Positions 12,114 to 22,690 of a DNA stretch of 64,000 nucleotides are shown piece by piece (the first letter of the stretch is position 1; each line of letters starts with the position of its first letter). The DNA is from Coleofasciculus chthonoplastes F2-STO-03 (GTDB taxonomy: Bacteria > Cyanobacteriota > Cyanobacteriia > Cyanobacteriales > Coleofasciculaceae). The DNA lies in the NCBI GenBank assembly GCA_040222015.1, contig JAVJWO010000067.1, positions 1-64,000 of the forward strand, read 5' to 3'. A model generated the notes under the pieces. It was not told the origin of the DNA, did not search any database, and saw nothing but the letters and a program-made list of their open reading frames with translations. The translations under genes and the position numbers were made by a program.

Positions 12114-15100
12114 ATGGGAGAAATACCTCAAACCAAGTCGGGTAGGGAATGGCAGAGTCTAGGGCGTTGGCGTGCGATCGCGTCTTGTTCTCTGGTGGGG
12201 GCAATCTTTGGCACTGGGGTTATTTTATCCCCAGCATCCCTGAATGCACAACCGATTACTCCTGCGGCTGATGAGACGGGAACGGTGGTGACACCGAATG
12301 GGACTCAATTGGATATTACGGGGGGTCGTTTGTCAAGGGATGACGCGAATTTATTTCATAGTTTCGAGGACTTTGGATTAGATGCGGGTCAAATTGCTAA
12401 CTTTTTATCCAATCCTGAGATTAGGAATATTTTCGGGCGAGTGGTTGGCGGTGATGCTTCAATTATTAACGGGTTGATTCAGGTAAGCGGGGGCAATTCT
12501 AATTTATTTCTCATGAATCCGGCGGGGATTGTGTTTGGGAAAAATGCGTGGTTGAATGTCCCAGCAGATTTTACAGCGACGACAGCCACAGGGATTGGTT
12601 TTGGTGAGGGGAATTGGTTTAATGCGTTTGGCGGGAATGAGTATCAGGATTTAGTCGGAAATCCCAGTGGTTTTGCCTTTGATTTAGCGCAACCAGGAAG
12701 CGTGATTAATGCGGGGGATTTGGTGGTAACTGAGGGGCATAATTTAACCTTACTGGGAGGTACTGTTATCAGCACTGGGGAATTAGCTGCACCGGGAGGA
12801 AATATTACAGTTGCGGCGGTTCCGGGGGAAAGTTTGGTCAGGATTAGTCAACCGGGACAATTATTGAGTTTGGAAATAGCACCGCCACGGGATAATGAGG
12901 GGATGTTGCTTCCAGTTGCGCCATTGGATTTGGCGACATTGTTGACAGGAAGTGGTGAAACAGGGGAGACAGGGTTAACAGTTTCAGAGGAAACGGTACA
13001 GGTAACCGATACAGAATTCAGCGTCGGAAATGGAGACGCGATCGCAAACAGTATAACAGCCCAAACCGCAACATTATCGGCGTCTAACAATTTAATGTTA
13101 GTTCCCGTAGGGGCGCACCGACGTGCGCCCTCTTTGGTAACAACAGGAGATTTAAATCTTTTAGCTGGGAGTACGGTTATTGCGCGGGATAATCTGGCGC
13201 ATCCGTTTATCGCCCAAGCTGGCGGGAATTTGTATATTCAGGGGAATCAAGGGATTGACATTTGGGCGCTGAATCATCAAGAAACGCCGTTTGTCAGTGG
13301 CGGTAATCTCAGTTTAGTTAGTAATGGGATTATTTCCGGGGATGCTCACTTTGCCAGTGGTGGAAGTCTGGCGATGCTAAATTTATCGGGGGAACCGGGT
13401 AATTTTATCAGTTTGAATGACCCGATTATTAGTGTTAATGGGGATGTTGTGTTTGGTGATTATAGGGGAGCAGCCCTCAAGGTTGAAGCCACAGGCAGCA
13501 TCACAGTTAATGGGGATATATCCATTGACTTTCCGGATAATTCTCCATCTCTTCCTGATGGGCAACCAGGCTCAGATTTAGACATTCTCAAAAATCAAAG
13601 GGCATTGATCCTACGGGCAGGTTTACCCTCTTTGGAGAATCCAGAAAATGTACCTCAATTTAATGTACCAACATCGGGAACGGATTTTACATCTCCTGGC
13701 AGTTCTTCTCCGCTGGGAAATATCACTATTACAGGAACAATTAATACTAGCAGTCAAGGCATTGACGCTGGTCCCATAATATTATTTGCTTCCGGTGACA
13801 TTTCAGCAGGACAGATTAATGCAACATTCTTCACCCTAGAATCCAGACCAGGCAATGGAGGTAATATTGACATTACAGCAGGTGGAGATATCACGATTGA
13901 TAACGGATTTGAAACTTTTTCAGCTTCTGAAAACGCTGGTAGCCTCACTTTTGAATCCAGAACAGGTGACATCAGAATTAATTGCCTTTCGGGTGCAGCA
14001 AATTGTATAGAGGTTCCAGCTTACGGGAATGGAGGTAATATCGATTTCAACAGTCCACAGGGAATGATTGAAATTAAGGGTCAAGTCGATGCTTCAAGCG
14101 GGGCGAGGAATAGTGGTAATATTACTCTTACTGCGAAGAATGATATTATAACTGGTGAGCTGACAACTAGAATAGGGGGTGGTAATGGTGATGCGGGCAA
14201 TATTACTATTGATAGTGCAGAAGGCTCAATTAATATTGATAATATTGTGGCAAGTTCCCTAAACGGTAATGGTAGTACAGTGAAACTTACCGCTCCAGGC
14301 GACATATTCACAGCTGCAATTACATCCAGTTCTGAATCAGGTACGGGAGGTACAATTATCCTTAACAGCGATGGAATAATTGACACTACAGCAGGTGACT
14401 TAGACTCCAGCACAAATAACGGCAACGGAGGCACGATAATACTTGATGCTCCCGGCGATATTAAAACGGCTGGTATTGATACGTCTGGTAGTGCCGATGG
14501 GGGCGATATCATACTTACCAGCGGTGGTGCTATTGATACCGCAGCAGGTATTTTAAATGCGGCGGGTGGTGAAAATGGCGGTAATATAACTCTTTTTGCA
14601 CCCCGCGATATTTCCACAGGTGAAATCACCTCATTCTTGAGTGGTTTTAGTGGCAATAGTGGCAACATCAGTATTACTAGCGAAAATGGCAATATCGATA
14701 CCAGCCAAGGCGCACTCATTACCTCCTCTGGTTTGGGAACAGGTGGTAATATTACCCTTAACGCCGCAGATAGCATTACCTCTGCTAAAATTGACGCGAT
14801 TTCTCAAACAAACCAAGGCGGAGAAATCCAACTTACCGCACCAAACACGATTACTCTCAGTGGCGATATCACCACCAATCAAAATAGCCTAATCTTCAAC
14901 GGTTCAGTTATCCTCGCTGACGATATTTCTATCACCCTATCGGGTACTGGTGATATTACCTTCCACGACACTATTGATGGAACTCAAAACCTCAACCTAC
15001 AAACCGAAAACGGAACCATTCAATTTAACGATATCGTCGGCGACTCCACTCCCCTAAATAGTTTAACCATCCTCAGCGATACCATCAATACTCCTACATC

Positions 15101-17108
15101 TCTTAACGTTACCGCCATCAATAATATCATTACCAATACCCTCACCTCACAGGACAGTATTTCTTTTACCAGCACCCGTGGACAAATCAAAACCGGAGAT
15201 TTAACCTCACCCGCAGGTATTTCTCTTACCAGCAATAGCGGGCAAATTGAAACAGATATTCTTGATTCCTCTAACCTTAATGATGGCGGTGATATTACTC
15301 TCAACGCCCGTGGTAATATTCAAGTCAGCCAGATTAACGCCCAAAGTCTGGGTGATGGCAATGGCGGAGATGTCGATATTACCACTCCCAGTTATTTCCA
15401 AGCCACTGACTCCTTCATCGACCAAAATAACATCAACGCCAGTATTTCTGTCGCTGGGGGTGACAACGGTGGAACCATTATTATTCGCCACGGCGGAGAC
15501 GGTGAGATTCCCTTTATTGTCGGTAATCCTGATATCAATGGCACAGCAGCCGCGATTACTAGAGGCGATGACGCGGGGATACAGACAATTGAACCCACTA
15601 GAGACTATTTCTTTACCCACAAACGGGATAGAGACCGCATTCAAATTATATCGATTCTGGGCGCTGTACCTCTACCGCCAACGCCCATTCCTGTGCCAGA
15701 ACCAACACCCAAGCTAAACTTAGATCAAAATCCCATCGAGTCGTTAGCCTTTCGAGTTGGGGATACGTTAGACGCCGATACTACGATTAACCAAGACCCA
15801 GAAACCGGAAACTATAATATTAGCTGGAGATTTCCTGGCGAACAACCTATCAACCTCAACGTTAACAACCCCCCAACTCCACTTGAAGTCACCCCCCAAG
15901 ATGATATCATTGCTGAAATCGACCAACTCTTTGAAGATGAATTTGAAGACTACTTTGGCGAAAACTTAACCAATGCCAACGTCACCGCCGAAAGCTTACG
16001 GGAAACACTGAAAACCATCGAACAGCAAACCGGAAAACGTGCGGTTGTTATCTATGCCCGTCATCTGGAGGAAGGATTGGAACTGGTATTAGTTTTACCG
16101 GAAGACAATTATATCCGTAAACTGGTTCCCGCCGCTAATATTACCACCCTGAAAAATACTGTCAGCGAATTTCAGGAGATGGTTACGGATATTACCGAAT
16201 CCCGTGGCTACCTCCCCGCCGCCCAACAGCTTTATCAATGGTTAATTGCCCCCCTAGAATCCGACTTAGACGCCTTAGATATTGATACGCTTATCTTCTG
16301 TATGGATGCCGGATTACGTCAACTTCCTATGGCGGCGTTACACGATGGCAAGCAGTTTCTGATTGAAAACTATAGCATTGGTTCCATTCCCAGTGTTAGC
16401 CTCACCAACACCCGTTATCAACCCGTTAAAAATGCCCAAATTCTCGCCATGGGCGCGACTGAATTTTCGGATTTAGGGGAATTACCCACAGTAGACACCG
16501 AATTAAAGATTATCACTCAAACCTTGTGGACAGGGGAATCCTTCCTCAACGAAGAATTTACCCTCAGCAATCTGAAAACCGAGAGTCGCCGCCAACCTTT
16601 TGAGATTATCCATCTCGCCACCCATGCTGAATTTAATGACGGTAATCCGAGTAACTCCTATATTCAACTGTGGGATACGAAACTGAGACTCAATCAAGTG
16701 CGCCAACTGGAATGGTATTTACCCCCGCCTATCGAATTATTAGTCCTCTCAGCCTGTCAAACCGCCCTGGGAAATATTGAGGCTGAATTAGGATTTGCCG
16801 GGTTAGCGGTACAAACTGGCGTCAAGTCGGCGGTAGCTAGTCTGTGGTATGTAGGCGATGAAGCGACGCTGAGTTTAATGAGTGGATTCTATGCCCAATT
16901 ACGCCTACCGGATATCACGATTAAAGCCGAAGCTTTGCGTCAAGCGCAACTGGCGATGTTACGGGAACAGGTGTATTTTGAAGGAGGGAAATTAACCGGA
17001 ATTGAAGGGTTAGATGTTACACTTCCTGGATTGGGAAGTCGGGCAAATCAACGATTATCCCATCCTTATTATTGGGCAGGATTTACGATTATTGGTAGTC
17101 CGTGGTAG
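12114..17108 (+). CDS. TpsA/filamentous haemagglutinin-like exoprotein fused to C-terminal CHAT protease domain
   Basis: Signal peptide, TPS motifs NLFHSF and NPAGIVFG, G/N/T-rich beta-helix, CHAT HLATHAEF and LVLSACQTA, HPYYWAGF-IGSPW end; start 12099-12114 uncertain. Confidence 0.92.
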   Translation: MGEIPQTKSGREWQSLGRWRAIASCSLVGAIFGTGVILSPASLNAQPITPAADETGTVVTPNGTQLDITGGRLSRDDANLFHSFEDFGLDAGQIANFLSNPEIRNIFGRVVGGDASIINGLIQVSGGNSNLFLMNPAGIVFGKNAWLNVPADFTATTATGIGFGEGNWFNAFGGNEYQDLVGNPSGFAFDLAQPGSVINAGDLVVTEGHNLTLLGGTVISTGELAAPGGNITVAAVPGESLVRISQPGQLLSLEIAPPRDNEGMLLPVAPLDLATLLTGSGETGETGLTVSEETVQVTDTEFSVGNGDAIANSITAQTATLSASNNLMLVPVGAHRRAPSLVTTGDLNLLAGSTVIARDNLAHPFIAQAGGNLYIQGNQGIDIWALNHQETPFVSGGNLSLVSNGIISGDAHFASGGSLAMLNLSGEPGNFISLNDPIISVNGDVVFGDYRGAALKVEATGSITVNGDISIDFPDNSPSLPDGQPGSDLDILKNQRALILRAGLPSLENPENVPQFNVPTSGTDFTSPGSSSPLGNITITGTINTSSQGIDAGPIILFASGDISAGQINATFFTLESRPGNGGNIDITAGGDITIDNGFETFSASENAGSLTFESRTGDIRINCLSGAANCIEVPAYGNGGNIDFNSPQGMIEIKGQVDASSGARNSGNITLTAKNDIITGELTTRIGGGNGDAGNITIDSAEGSINIDNIVASSLNGNGSTVKLTAPGDIFTAAITSSSESGTGGTIILNSDGIIDTTAGDLDSSTNNGNGGTIILDAPGDIKTAGIDTSGSADGGDIILTSGGAIDTAAGILNAAGGENGGNITLFAPRDISTGEITSFLSGFSGNSGNISITSENGNIDTSQGALITSSGLGTGGNITLNAADSITSAKIDAISQTNQGGEIQLTAPNTITLSGDITTNQNSLIFNGSVILADDISITLSGTGDITFHDTIDGTQNLNLQTENGTIQFNDIVGDSTPLNSLTILSDTINTPTSLNVTAINNIITNTLTSQDSISFTSTRGQIKTGDLTSPAGISLTSNSGQIETDILDSSNLNDGGDITLNARGNIQVSQINAQSLGDGNGGDVDITTPSYFQATDSFIDQNNINASISVAGGDNGGTIIIRHGGDGEIPFIVGNPDINGTAAAITRGDDAGIQTIEPTRDYFFTHKRDRDRIQIISILGAVPLPPTPIPVPEPTPKLNLDQNPIESLAFRVGDTLDADTTINQDPETGNYNISWRFPGEQPINLNVNNPPTPLEVTPQDDIIAEIDQLFEDEFEDYFGENLTNANVTAESLRETLKTIEQQTGKRAVVIYARHLEEGLELVLVLPEDNYIRKLVPAANITTLKNTVSEFQEMVTDITESRGYLPAAQQLYQWLIAPLESDLDALDIDTLIFCMDAGLRQLPMAALHDGKQFLIENYSIGSIPSVSLTNTRYQPVKNAQILAMGATEFSDLGELPTVDTELKIITQTLWTGESFLNEEFTLSNLKTESRRQPFEIIHLATHAEFNDGNPSNSYIQLWDTKLRLNQVRQLEWYLPPPIELLVLSACQTALGNIEAELGFAGLAVQTGVKSAVASLWYVGDEATLSLMSGFYAQLRLPDITIKAEALRQAQLAMLREQVYFEGGKLTGIEGLDVTLPGLGSRANQRLSHPYYWAGFTIIGSPW

Positions 17109-17131
17109 ATGGATGATCAGATAATATCTAA

Positions 17132-17720
17132 CTGTAGGGGCGGGTTTAGGGAATCACCCTCATACCCTAACCCCATCTCCCATCAAGGGAGAAGGGGAAC
17201 AATTTCATAATTATTCAACCGGGTTAACAAACAGATAAACAATTAAATAATATCAAACCGTAGGGGTGGGTTTAGTCACAATTGTAGGGGCGGGTTTAGG
17301 GAATCAATTCAGATATCTACCACTAACGGAACAACAAAACCCGCCCTCCCCCAACCCTGGGAATCGATTCACCCTCATCCCCTAACCCCTTCTCTCATCA
17401 AGGGAGAAGGGGAACAATTTTATAGACAATTGCGTAATTATTCAGCCTTGTTAACAAACAGATAAACAATTAAATAATATCAAACCGTAGGGGCGGGTTG
17501 AGGAACAATTGTAGGGGCGGGTTTAGGGAATCAATGCAGCTAGTCACCACTAACAGAACAACAAAACCCGCCCTCCCCCAACCCTTCATCACGAATAGTA
17601 TCCAAAGGATTGGTGGGTTACGGCGGATAGAGGATTGAATGGTTAATGGCAGAATTTAGTACCGCCAAACCCACCCTACAATTAAACAACTGACAAATGA
17701 CAAATGACAAATGACAAATG
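17132..17720. repeat. Composite repeat cluster: two ~205-217-bp direct repeats built from GTAGGGGCGGGTTT...AAACCCGCCC palindromes, plus a TGACAAA heptamer tract
   Basis: Copies at about 17154-17358 and 17369-17585; heptamers at about 17691-17720. Confidence 0.85.
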
Positions 17721-17725
17721 ATCAA

Positions 17726-18433
17726 TTAATCATCTATCGCTTCAACTTCACCCGCGATCGCACTTTGTGGTAAATCCGCTAAACCCATTGATTTTAATAG
17801 GGTTTCCCAGGTTGAAGGGAGGGTACGAAGCTGGGAGATATCCTGGGGCAGATCATACCAAATATTATGTTCAATTAATAGGTCAATCTGTTGGGATAAA
17901 GGCGCTTGCTGTATCTGCGTCTCTAAGTCTTGATTATCCAACCGTTTTACCCATCCCTGATGCCAAACGCGATCGCGCATGGATGATCCGGAGGATGTAC
18001 AATATAGCATGAGTTTCCAAGTGTAGCGTTGATTTGGGGCTAAGGGGGGCGCGGTTTTGGGTAAACTAATCTGAATTAAACCGGGGGTTTGGGGTAGAGA
18101 AAATTCCTGTCGGTAGATGGTATTTTGTTGTTCGTCTTCTATGGTAAATTTGCCGGAATGGAGGCTACTTGTTTGATAGGGAATGTAGAACCAAAGGGTA
18201 GGATATCCGTTGAGAGTGTAGCCGGAAAATTCGCTATTAGTCAGGGGTAATAAGGGGGTAAAGGGTTGATCTGTTTTCTCGCAGGAACCCCGAGTTCCAC
18301 CGGGATTTCGTTCTTCTGCGGGTTCACTGTCTGGGGGTTTGGGTGGATTATTGGTAGTCGGTGGGGTTTGATTGGTTGGGGTGGAGGTGATGAGAATTAA
18401 GGAAAGAATGAGTGGAAGGTTTGGGAAAGTCAT
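17726..18433 (-). CDS. DUF928 domain protein (exported)
   Basis: Hydrophobic N-terminus, PGGTRGSC, YPTLWFYIPY, YTWKL-LYC, GWVKR and IWYD motifs. Confidence 0.88.
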   Translation of the reverse strand: MTFPNLPLILSLILITSTPTNQTPPTTNNPPKPPDSEPAEERNPGGTRGSCEKTDQPFTPLLPLTNSEFSGYTLNGYPTLWFYIPYQTSSLHSGKFTIEDEQQNTIYRQEFSLPQTPGLIQISLPKTAPPLAPNQRYTWKLMLYCTSSGSSMRDRVWHQGWVKRLDNQDLETQIQQAPLSQQIDLLIEHNIWYDLPQDISQLRTLPSTWETLLKSMGLADLPQSAIAGEVEAIDD

Positions 18434-18539
18434 TGTTTTTTCTCCGGGTTTGGGGTTGGGTGGTTGGGTGTTTTTTTTAACGCAGAGGGGCGCAGAGGTT
18501 AACGCAGAGGGGCGCAGAGGGGTAGGCGTAATTGATGTT

Positions 18540-20879
18540 CTATCGATTTGGGTTGGGGTTGGGTTGATGTTTATGGGTTTGGTGTTTAACTGTGCATAGG
18601 TTGGTGATTAGATGGGCAAAAATAGAGGGAGTTAGGGGAAGGTAAAGATGAAGGGTGATAAAAATAATAAAGCTAACTCCTCCAATGCTAATTAGGATGA
18701 TTCCACTGGCGATTCCTCGATAGATTAAGCCGGAAATCCGCCAGTTAATTAGTCCGGCTGATAACGCCCATGTTCCAATCCAAAGACTCTCTATCCACCA
18801 GGGGGGAAATTGAAGTAGGGAACGTTTGTCTGTAACAGCGCTAATCAGTTGACTGATTTTATGGGCGTGAAGGTGTAAGCCGCGAATCTCTTGATTGTCT
18901 GGTGTTTTAAAGTAATCTTTGACGCTGGGATCGGTAACGCCAATTAATATGATTTTGTTTTGAATTAAGGCGGGATTCACTTGATGATTGAGTACCTGAG
19001 TTAGGGTGACAGTTGGGGCAATTTCCTCAGTGCGGCGATAGTTAAGCATGATTTGGTGTGATTTGACTTGGGAGGGGGTATAAAATCCAGGGTGACTATT
19101 CAGAATGTTGAAGCGAATTCCGCCAATTTGCCATTGTTTGGCGGTGGGAAAGTCAACAGAAAAGCCCTGATTCTGTAAATAACGTAGGGCGATTTGGGAA
19201 CTAAAAGCATAGTAGGCGGAACAGTTGGAAGGTTGAGGCGGATTCATGGCTAAAAGATGACGGCGAACAATGCTATCGGAATCGGTAATTACATCACTAA
19301 AGCCTAGACGCTTGTCGGGAATTTGCGGTGGTGGTGAGATACCTTCGGGATCATTCTGATTGGGATGGGTACAAATCGGAATCACGCGATCGCGCGTTTT
19401 GAGATACTCAATTAATTCCCCTTGACCTTTGCCTTCAGGTCGGTCACGATAGATATCTAAACCGATAAGTTGGGGCTGATATTGGTCTAAGGCTTGTAAT
19501 AATTGCCGCATTGTGCGATCATGCAGTGGATATTCGTTGCCTAAGTTGGCGATATCCTGCCGAGTAATCTGTACCAGCAACAACCGTTGATCCGGTTCCT
19601 CCGGCTGACGCGATCGCCCAAACCAATCAAACGTCTGAAATTCCCAAGATTGCCATACACCCAGCGATCGCATTCCCATCACCAATACCGTTACCCCCAC
19701 TGTCGCGGCGATTACCCGCCACCGAGGAAGGGATGACGAGGGAGAGGGAATCGGTTGAAGCTGTTGATTCACCCAATGGCGATCAAAAACAGAGGCATAA
19801 ATCCGATTCGCCACCTGCAACTGTCCCCCCCGCTTCACCACTAACCCCGATAACCGTAATTGCTGCTGCAAATGATTCTGATCAGCCGGAACTTTTTTCC
19901 CTTTTAGTATCCGGTGATACAGCATTAATAACGGTTGACTATCTTGATGCCCAGACAAGACGCGATCGCGAATCGTCCGCAGATGTTCAGGATTATCCTG
20001 AGACAGCCAATTATCGAGAATGTGCGATCGTACCACCTGATCCACAAAACCAGTAGGTAGGGTGTGGGGTGTAGGGTGTGGGGTGTAGGGAAGCATTTGT
20101 TCCCTTTGTTCTCCTACCGCCTGACACACCAACCGACATACTTTTTGCGTCAGAAACGGTTGTCCCCCTGTCCAATTTAATATAGCTTGAAGTACCGCAT
20201 CAGGATGACGAACCTTTCCCTGTAATCCCCTAACTAAAGGTTTCGCTTCCTCCGGCGTAAACCCCTTTAACTCAATCGCCAAACTATCAAAATTAAACGG
20301 CGTGCGTTGATTATCCGCAATCAAATCCGATGGCGTCGCCACTCCCAACAACGCAAAGGTTAAACGCTGGTATTTCGGCTGAGATGCCCGTTTATTATAA
20401 CAAGTGCGGATAAAGCCAAACAGATCATCTTTAAAGTCTAAATTCAGAATACTATCGATTTCATCAATAAAAATAGCAATCTTACCCGCAACCCTTCCCA
20501 AAACCTCCTCATCCACGAACTTACTGAACCGATCAAAGGGAGATAAATACTCATACCGATACCACCACTCCGCCTCATCCAGATCCAACGCAAACCCACT
20601 CACCAAATGACTCACCATTGTGCCATAAAACTCCTCCTGATTAATTTGAAAACTACAGATATCCCGCATTTCCATTTCCACACAAGCGAACCCCTGATCT
20701 TGCAAGCGTTTCATCGTCCGCACCAACAAACTCGACTTACCCATCTGACGAGAATTCAGCACATAACAAAACCGCATCCCCCTCAATCCCAGATAAAGTT
20801 CTTGATCCGCCGCCCGAACCACATAATTCGTCGCCTCCAGGGGTAAAGCGCCACCTACTTGATAGTCGTCATTTGTCAT
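18540..20879 (-). CDS. AAA-like (AAA_35-type) ATPase - TM - CHASE2 - 3TM membrane sensor
   Basis: YQVGGAL, YVVRAAD, LNSRQMGKSS (P-loop), IFIDEID, WTGGQPFLTQK; CHASE2 motifs IGLDIYRD and D-DSIVRR; three C-terminal TM helices. Confidence 0.9.
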   Translation of the reverse strand: MTNDDYQVGGALPLEATNYVVRAADQELYLGLRGMRFCYVLNSRQMGKSSLLVRTMKRLQDQGFACVEMEMRDICSFQINQEEFYGTMVSHLVSGFALDLDEAEWWYRYEYLSPFDRFSKFVDEEVLGRVAGKIAIFIDEIDSILNLDFKDDLFGFIRTCYNKRASQPKYQRLTFALLGVATPSDLIADNQRTPFNFDSLAIELKGFTPEEAKPLVRGLQGKVRHPDAVLQAILNWTGGQPFLTQKVCRLVCQAVGEQREQMLPYTPHPTPHTLPTGFVDQVVRSHILDNWLSQDNPEHLRTIRDRVLSGHQDSQPLLMLYHRILKGKKVPADQNHLQQQLRLSGLVVKRGGQLQVANRIYASVFDRHWVNQQLQPIPSPSSSLPRWRVIAATVGVTVLVMGMRSLGVWQSWEFQTFDWFGRSRQPEEPDQRLLLVQITRQDIANLGNEYPLHDRTMRQLLQALDQYQPQLIGLDIYRDRPEGKGQGELIEYLKTRDRVIPICTHPNQNDPEGISPPPQIPDKRLGFSDVITDSDSIVRRHLLAMNPPQPSNCSAYYAFSSQIALRYLQNQGFSVDFPTAKQWQIGGIRFNILNSHPGFYTPSQVKSHQIMLNYRRTEEIAPTVTLTQVLNHQVNPALIQNKIILIGVTDPSVKDYFKTPDNQEIRGLHLHAHKISQLISAVTDKRSLLQFPPWWIESLWIGTWALSAGLINWRISGLIYRGIASGIILISIGGVSFIIFITLHLYLPLTPSIFAHLITNLCTVKHQTHKHQPNPNPNR

Positions 20880-20950
20880 TTGTCATTTGTCATTTGTCAT
20901 TTGTCATTCGTCATTCGTCATTTGTCATTTGTCATTTGTCATTCGTCATC
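20868..20950. repeat. STRR-type heptamer tract, about 12 x GTCATT(T/C)
   Basis: Read directly; similar tracts at about 6628-6661, 17691-17720, 38286-38310 and 43506-43536. Confidence 0.9.
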
Positions 20951-21104
20951 TAATCCTAACTATCGAACCCAAGCCCATCTCCACCCCCCTAAAACTTGGC
21001 AACCCATCCACTCAACCCCTCTGCGTTCCTCTGCGTAAACCTCTGCGTTCCTCTGCGTTAAAAAACCACAACCTATCTCCCCACAGAATCCAATCAAACA
21101 ATCC

Positions 21105-22439
21105 CTAACCCCCCGATTCAATCCGACTCTCAAAATACTGACGAAATAACTCATAACGAGGACTAACGCCATCCCCTTCCCACCGTACCAACCCCAAATT
21201 CTCCAAAACATCCGCCACCTCTGGATTCAATCTTACCGGATGATTAACACCAACAACCTGATTAAACACCGCCACTAACTCCGGCAATTGATGTAACTTT
21301 TGTTCATACATCAGCAAATAATCCCGATAAAGTCCCCTAGGAGTCGCCGCCATTACCAACACCTCCTCCAATGTGACCAACTTTTGTCCAATTTGCTTAA
21401 TCGCCTCTTGCACTAAATAAGGCTGTCCCCCCACCATCGCCATTAACCGATTCACCTGATCTCCTTGCCAATCTAATCCATAATGTTGCGCCAACTCTTG
21501 CACCTGTTCCCGACTCAATTCCGGTAACGCGATCGGAAGTCCCGTATTAAATGGCGACTGATTAATATCAAGTTCGCGATAATCTTCCGTATACACTAAA
21601 ACCTGACGCAACTTGCCCCAAATTGGGCGCGTTTTCGCATCCTCATGTCGCGTTCGCAGCATCCCTAAAAACTCGCCAGCAACCTCTGGATACGGAAAAA
21701 TTCGATCCACTTCATCTAACCCCAAAACCAGACAACTGTCTCCGGGTAACAGATGCTTTTCAAAATACGTCTTACACTTATTCTTACTATTGCCAATACT
21801 CTTCTGCCAATGTTCAGCAACTGGATTATCTGACAATGATTCTTGGTTCAGACTCAGCGTCACACTGGTACAGAACCATTGCAGAAATCGATTCAAATCT
21901 TGAAAATCCGTCGCCGTTGCATCCCGCAGATTCAAACTCACTGCGCGATAACCCTGATCCGCCGCATAATTCAACACCCGTGACATCAACTCGGTTTTCC
22001 CCATCTTCCACGGCGCTTTAATCCGCAGCAAACATCCCGGCTTCAGGATTTCCCGGTAACAGGTAGGCAGAATCCCCGGTTCACTATAAATATCTTGGCA
22101 AAGAGGAGACGCGATCGCACGGGAATCTGTCTCTGGATTCCTCAGTTGTTCTCCATACTGTTGATATCGCACATACTCCCGCTTTAACCAGTCTCGCAAG
22201 CGCTTAAATTTCCCCTTTTTCTCCGTATTCAGCGCCGGACAAGAATGGGCAAATGTCGCATAAATTCGTCCCATTCGTCGTTGCAGCGTCGCCTCACTGA
22301 TATGTAAATTGTCAGCAATTTTGGCATCAAGTTCAGCCAAATTGCGTTCCGCAAAGCGGAGACAGAACACCCGTCTCTCATCGGCATCAAATATACCCTG
22401 ATAATCTGCAATTTGTTGTAAAAATGTATCCCACGACAT
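21105..22439 (-). CDS. N-terminal HTH + AAA-like (AAA_35-type) ATPase
   Basis: IADNLHISEATLQRRM helix-turn-helix-like segment; KAPWKMGKT, LGLDEVD, NQSPFN and MVGGQPYL motifs. Confidence 0.85.
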   Translation of the reverse strand: MSWDTFLQQIADYQGIFDADERRVFCLRFAERNLAELDAKIADNLHISEATLQRRMGRIYATFAHSCPALNTEKKGKFKRLRDWLKREYVRYQQYGEQLRNPETDSRAIASPLCQDIYSEPGILPTCYREILKPGCLLRIKAPWKMGKTELMSRVLNYAADQGYRAVSLNLRDATATDFQDLNRFLQWFCTSVTLSLNQESLSDNPVAEHWQKSIGNSKNKCKTYFEKHLLPGDSCLVLGLDEVDRIFPYPEVAGEFLGMLRTRHEDAKTRPIWGKLRQVLVYTEDYRELDINQSPFNTGLPIALPELSREQVQELAQHYGLDWQGDQVNRLMAMVGGQPYLVQEAIKQIGQKLVTLEEVLVMAATPRGLYRDYLLMYEQKLHQLPELVAVFNQVVGVNHPVRLNPEVADVLENLGLVRWEGDGVSPRYELFRQYFESRIESGG

Positions 22440-22650
22440 AAACAGTTAGAGGTATTCAATAGTCAGCAAAATTGTCGGATGTGTTAGCATTCGCGCAGCA
22501 TTCTCGAAAGGTAGCGTAACGCACCCTGACTCTATTCCACTAGGATATCACTTATAATCCAACGATTAAAATAAATTGGACTTGAGTCAACAATGCAAAC
22601 GTTTATAGCGAAGACAGCGCAACGATTAACAAAGAATTCATCACTAATAT

Positions 22651-22690
22651 TGATACCTTCTGATAGCTTGTGATACCTTTTGATAGGTTT
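22651..22690 (+). promoter_or_regulatory. Candidate operator: four 10-bp-period direct repeats TGATA(C/G)(C/G)TTN
   Basis: TGATACCTTC TGATAGCTTG TGATACCTTT TGATAGGTTT in the divergent intergenic region; extra TGATAG at 22715. Confidence 0.6.

Noticed and set aside
14081..14776. 231-aa antisense ORF and similar shadow ORFs inside tpsA, mscS, metG and ppsA
   Set aside because: They overlap well-supported genes, lack motifs and reflect codon bias of the real strand.
20887..21211. Short ORFs such as MSFVICHSSFVICH, also 38874-39137, 41124-41345 and 43384-43578
   Set aside because: Translations of heptamer tracts and palindromic repeats.
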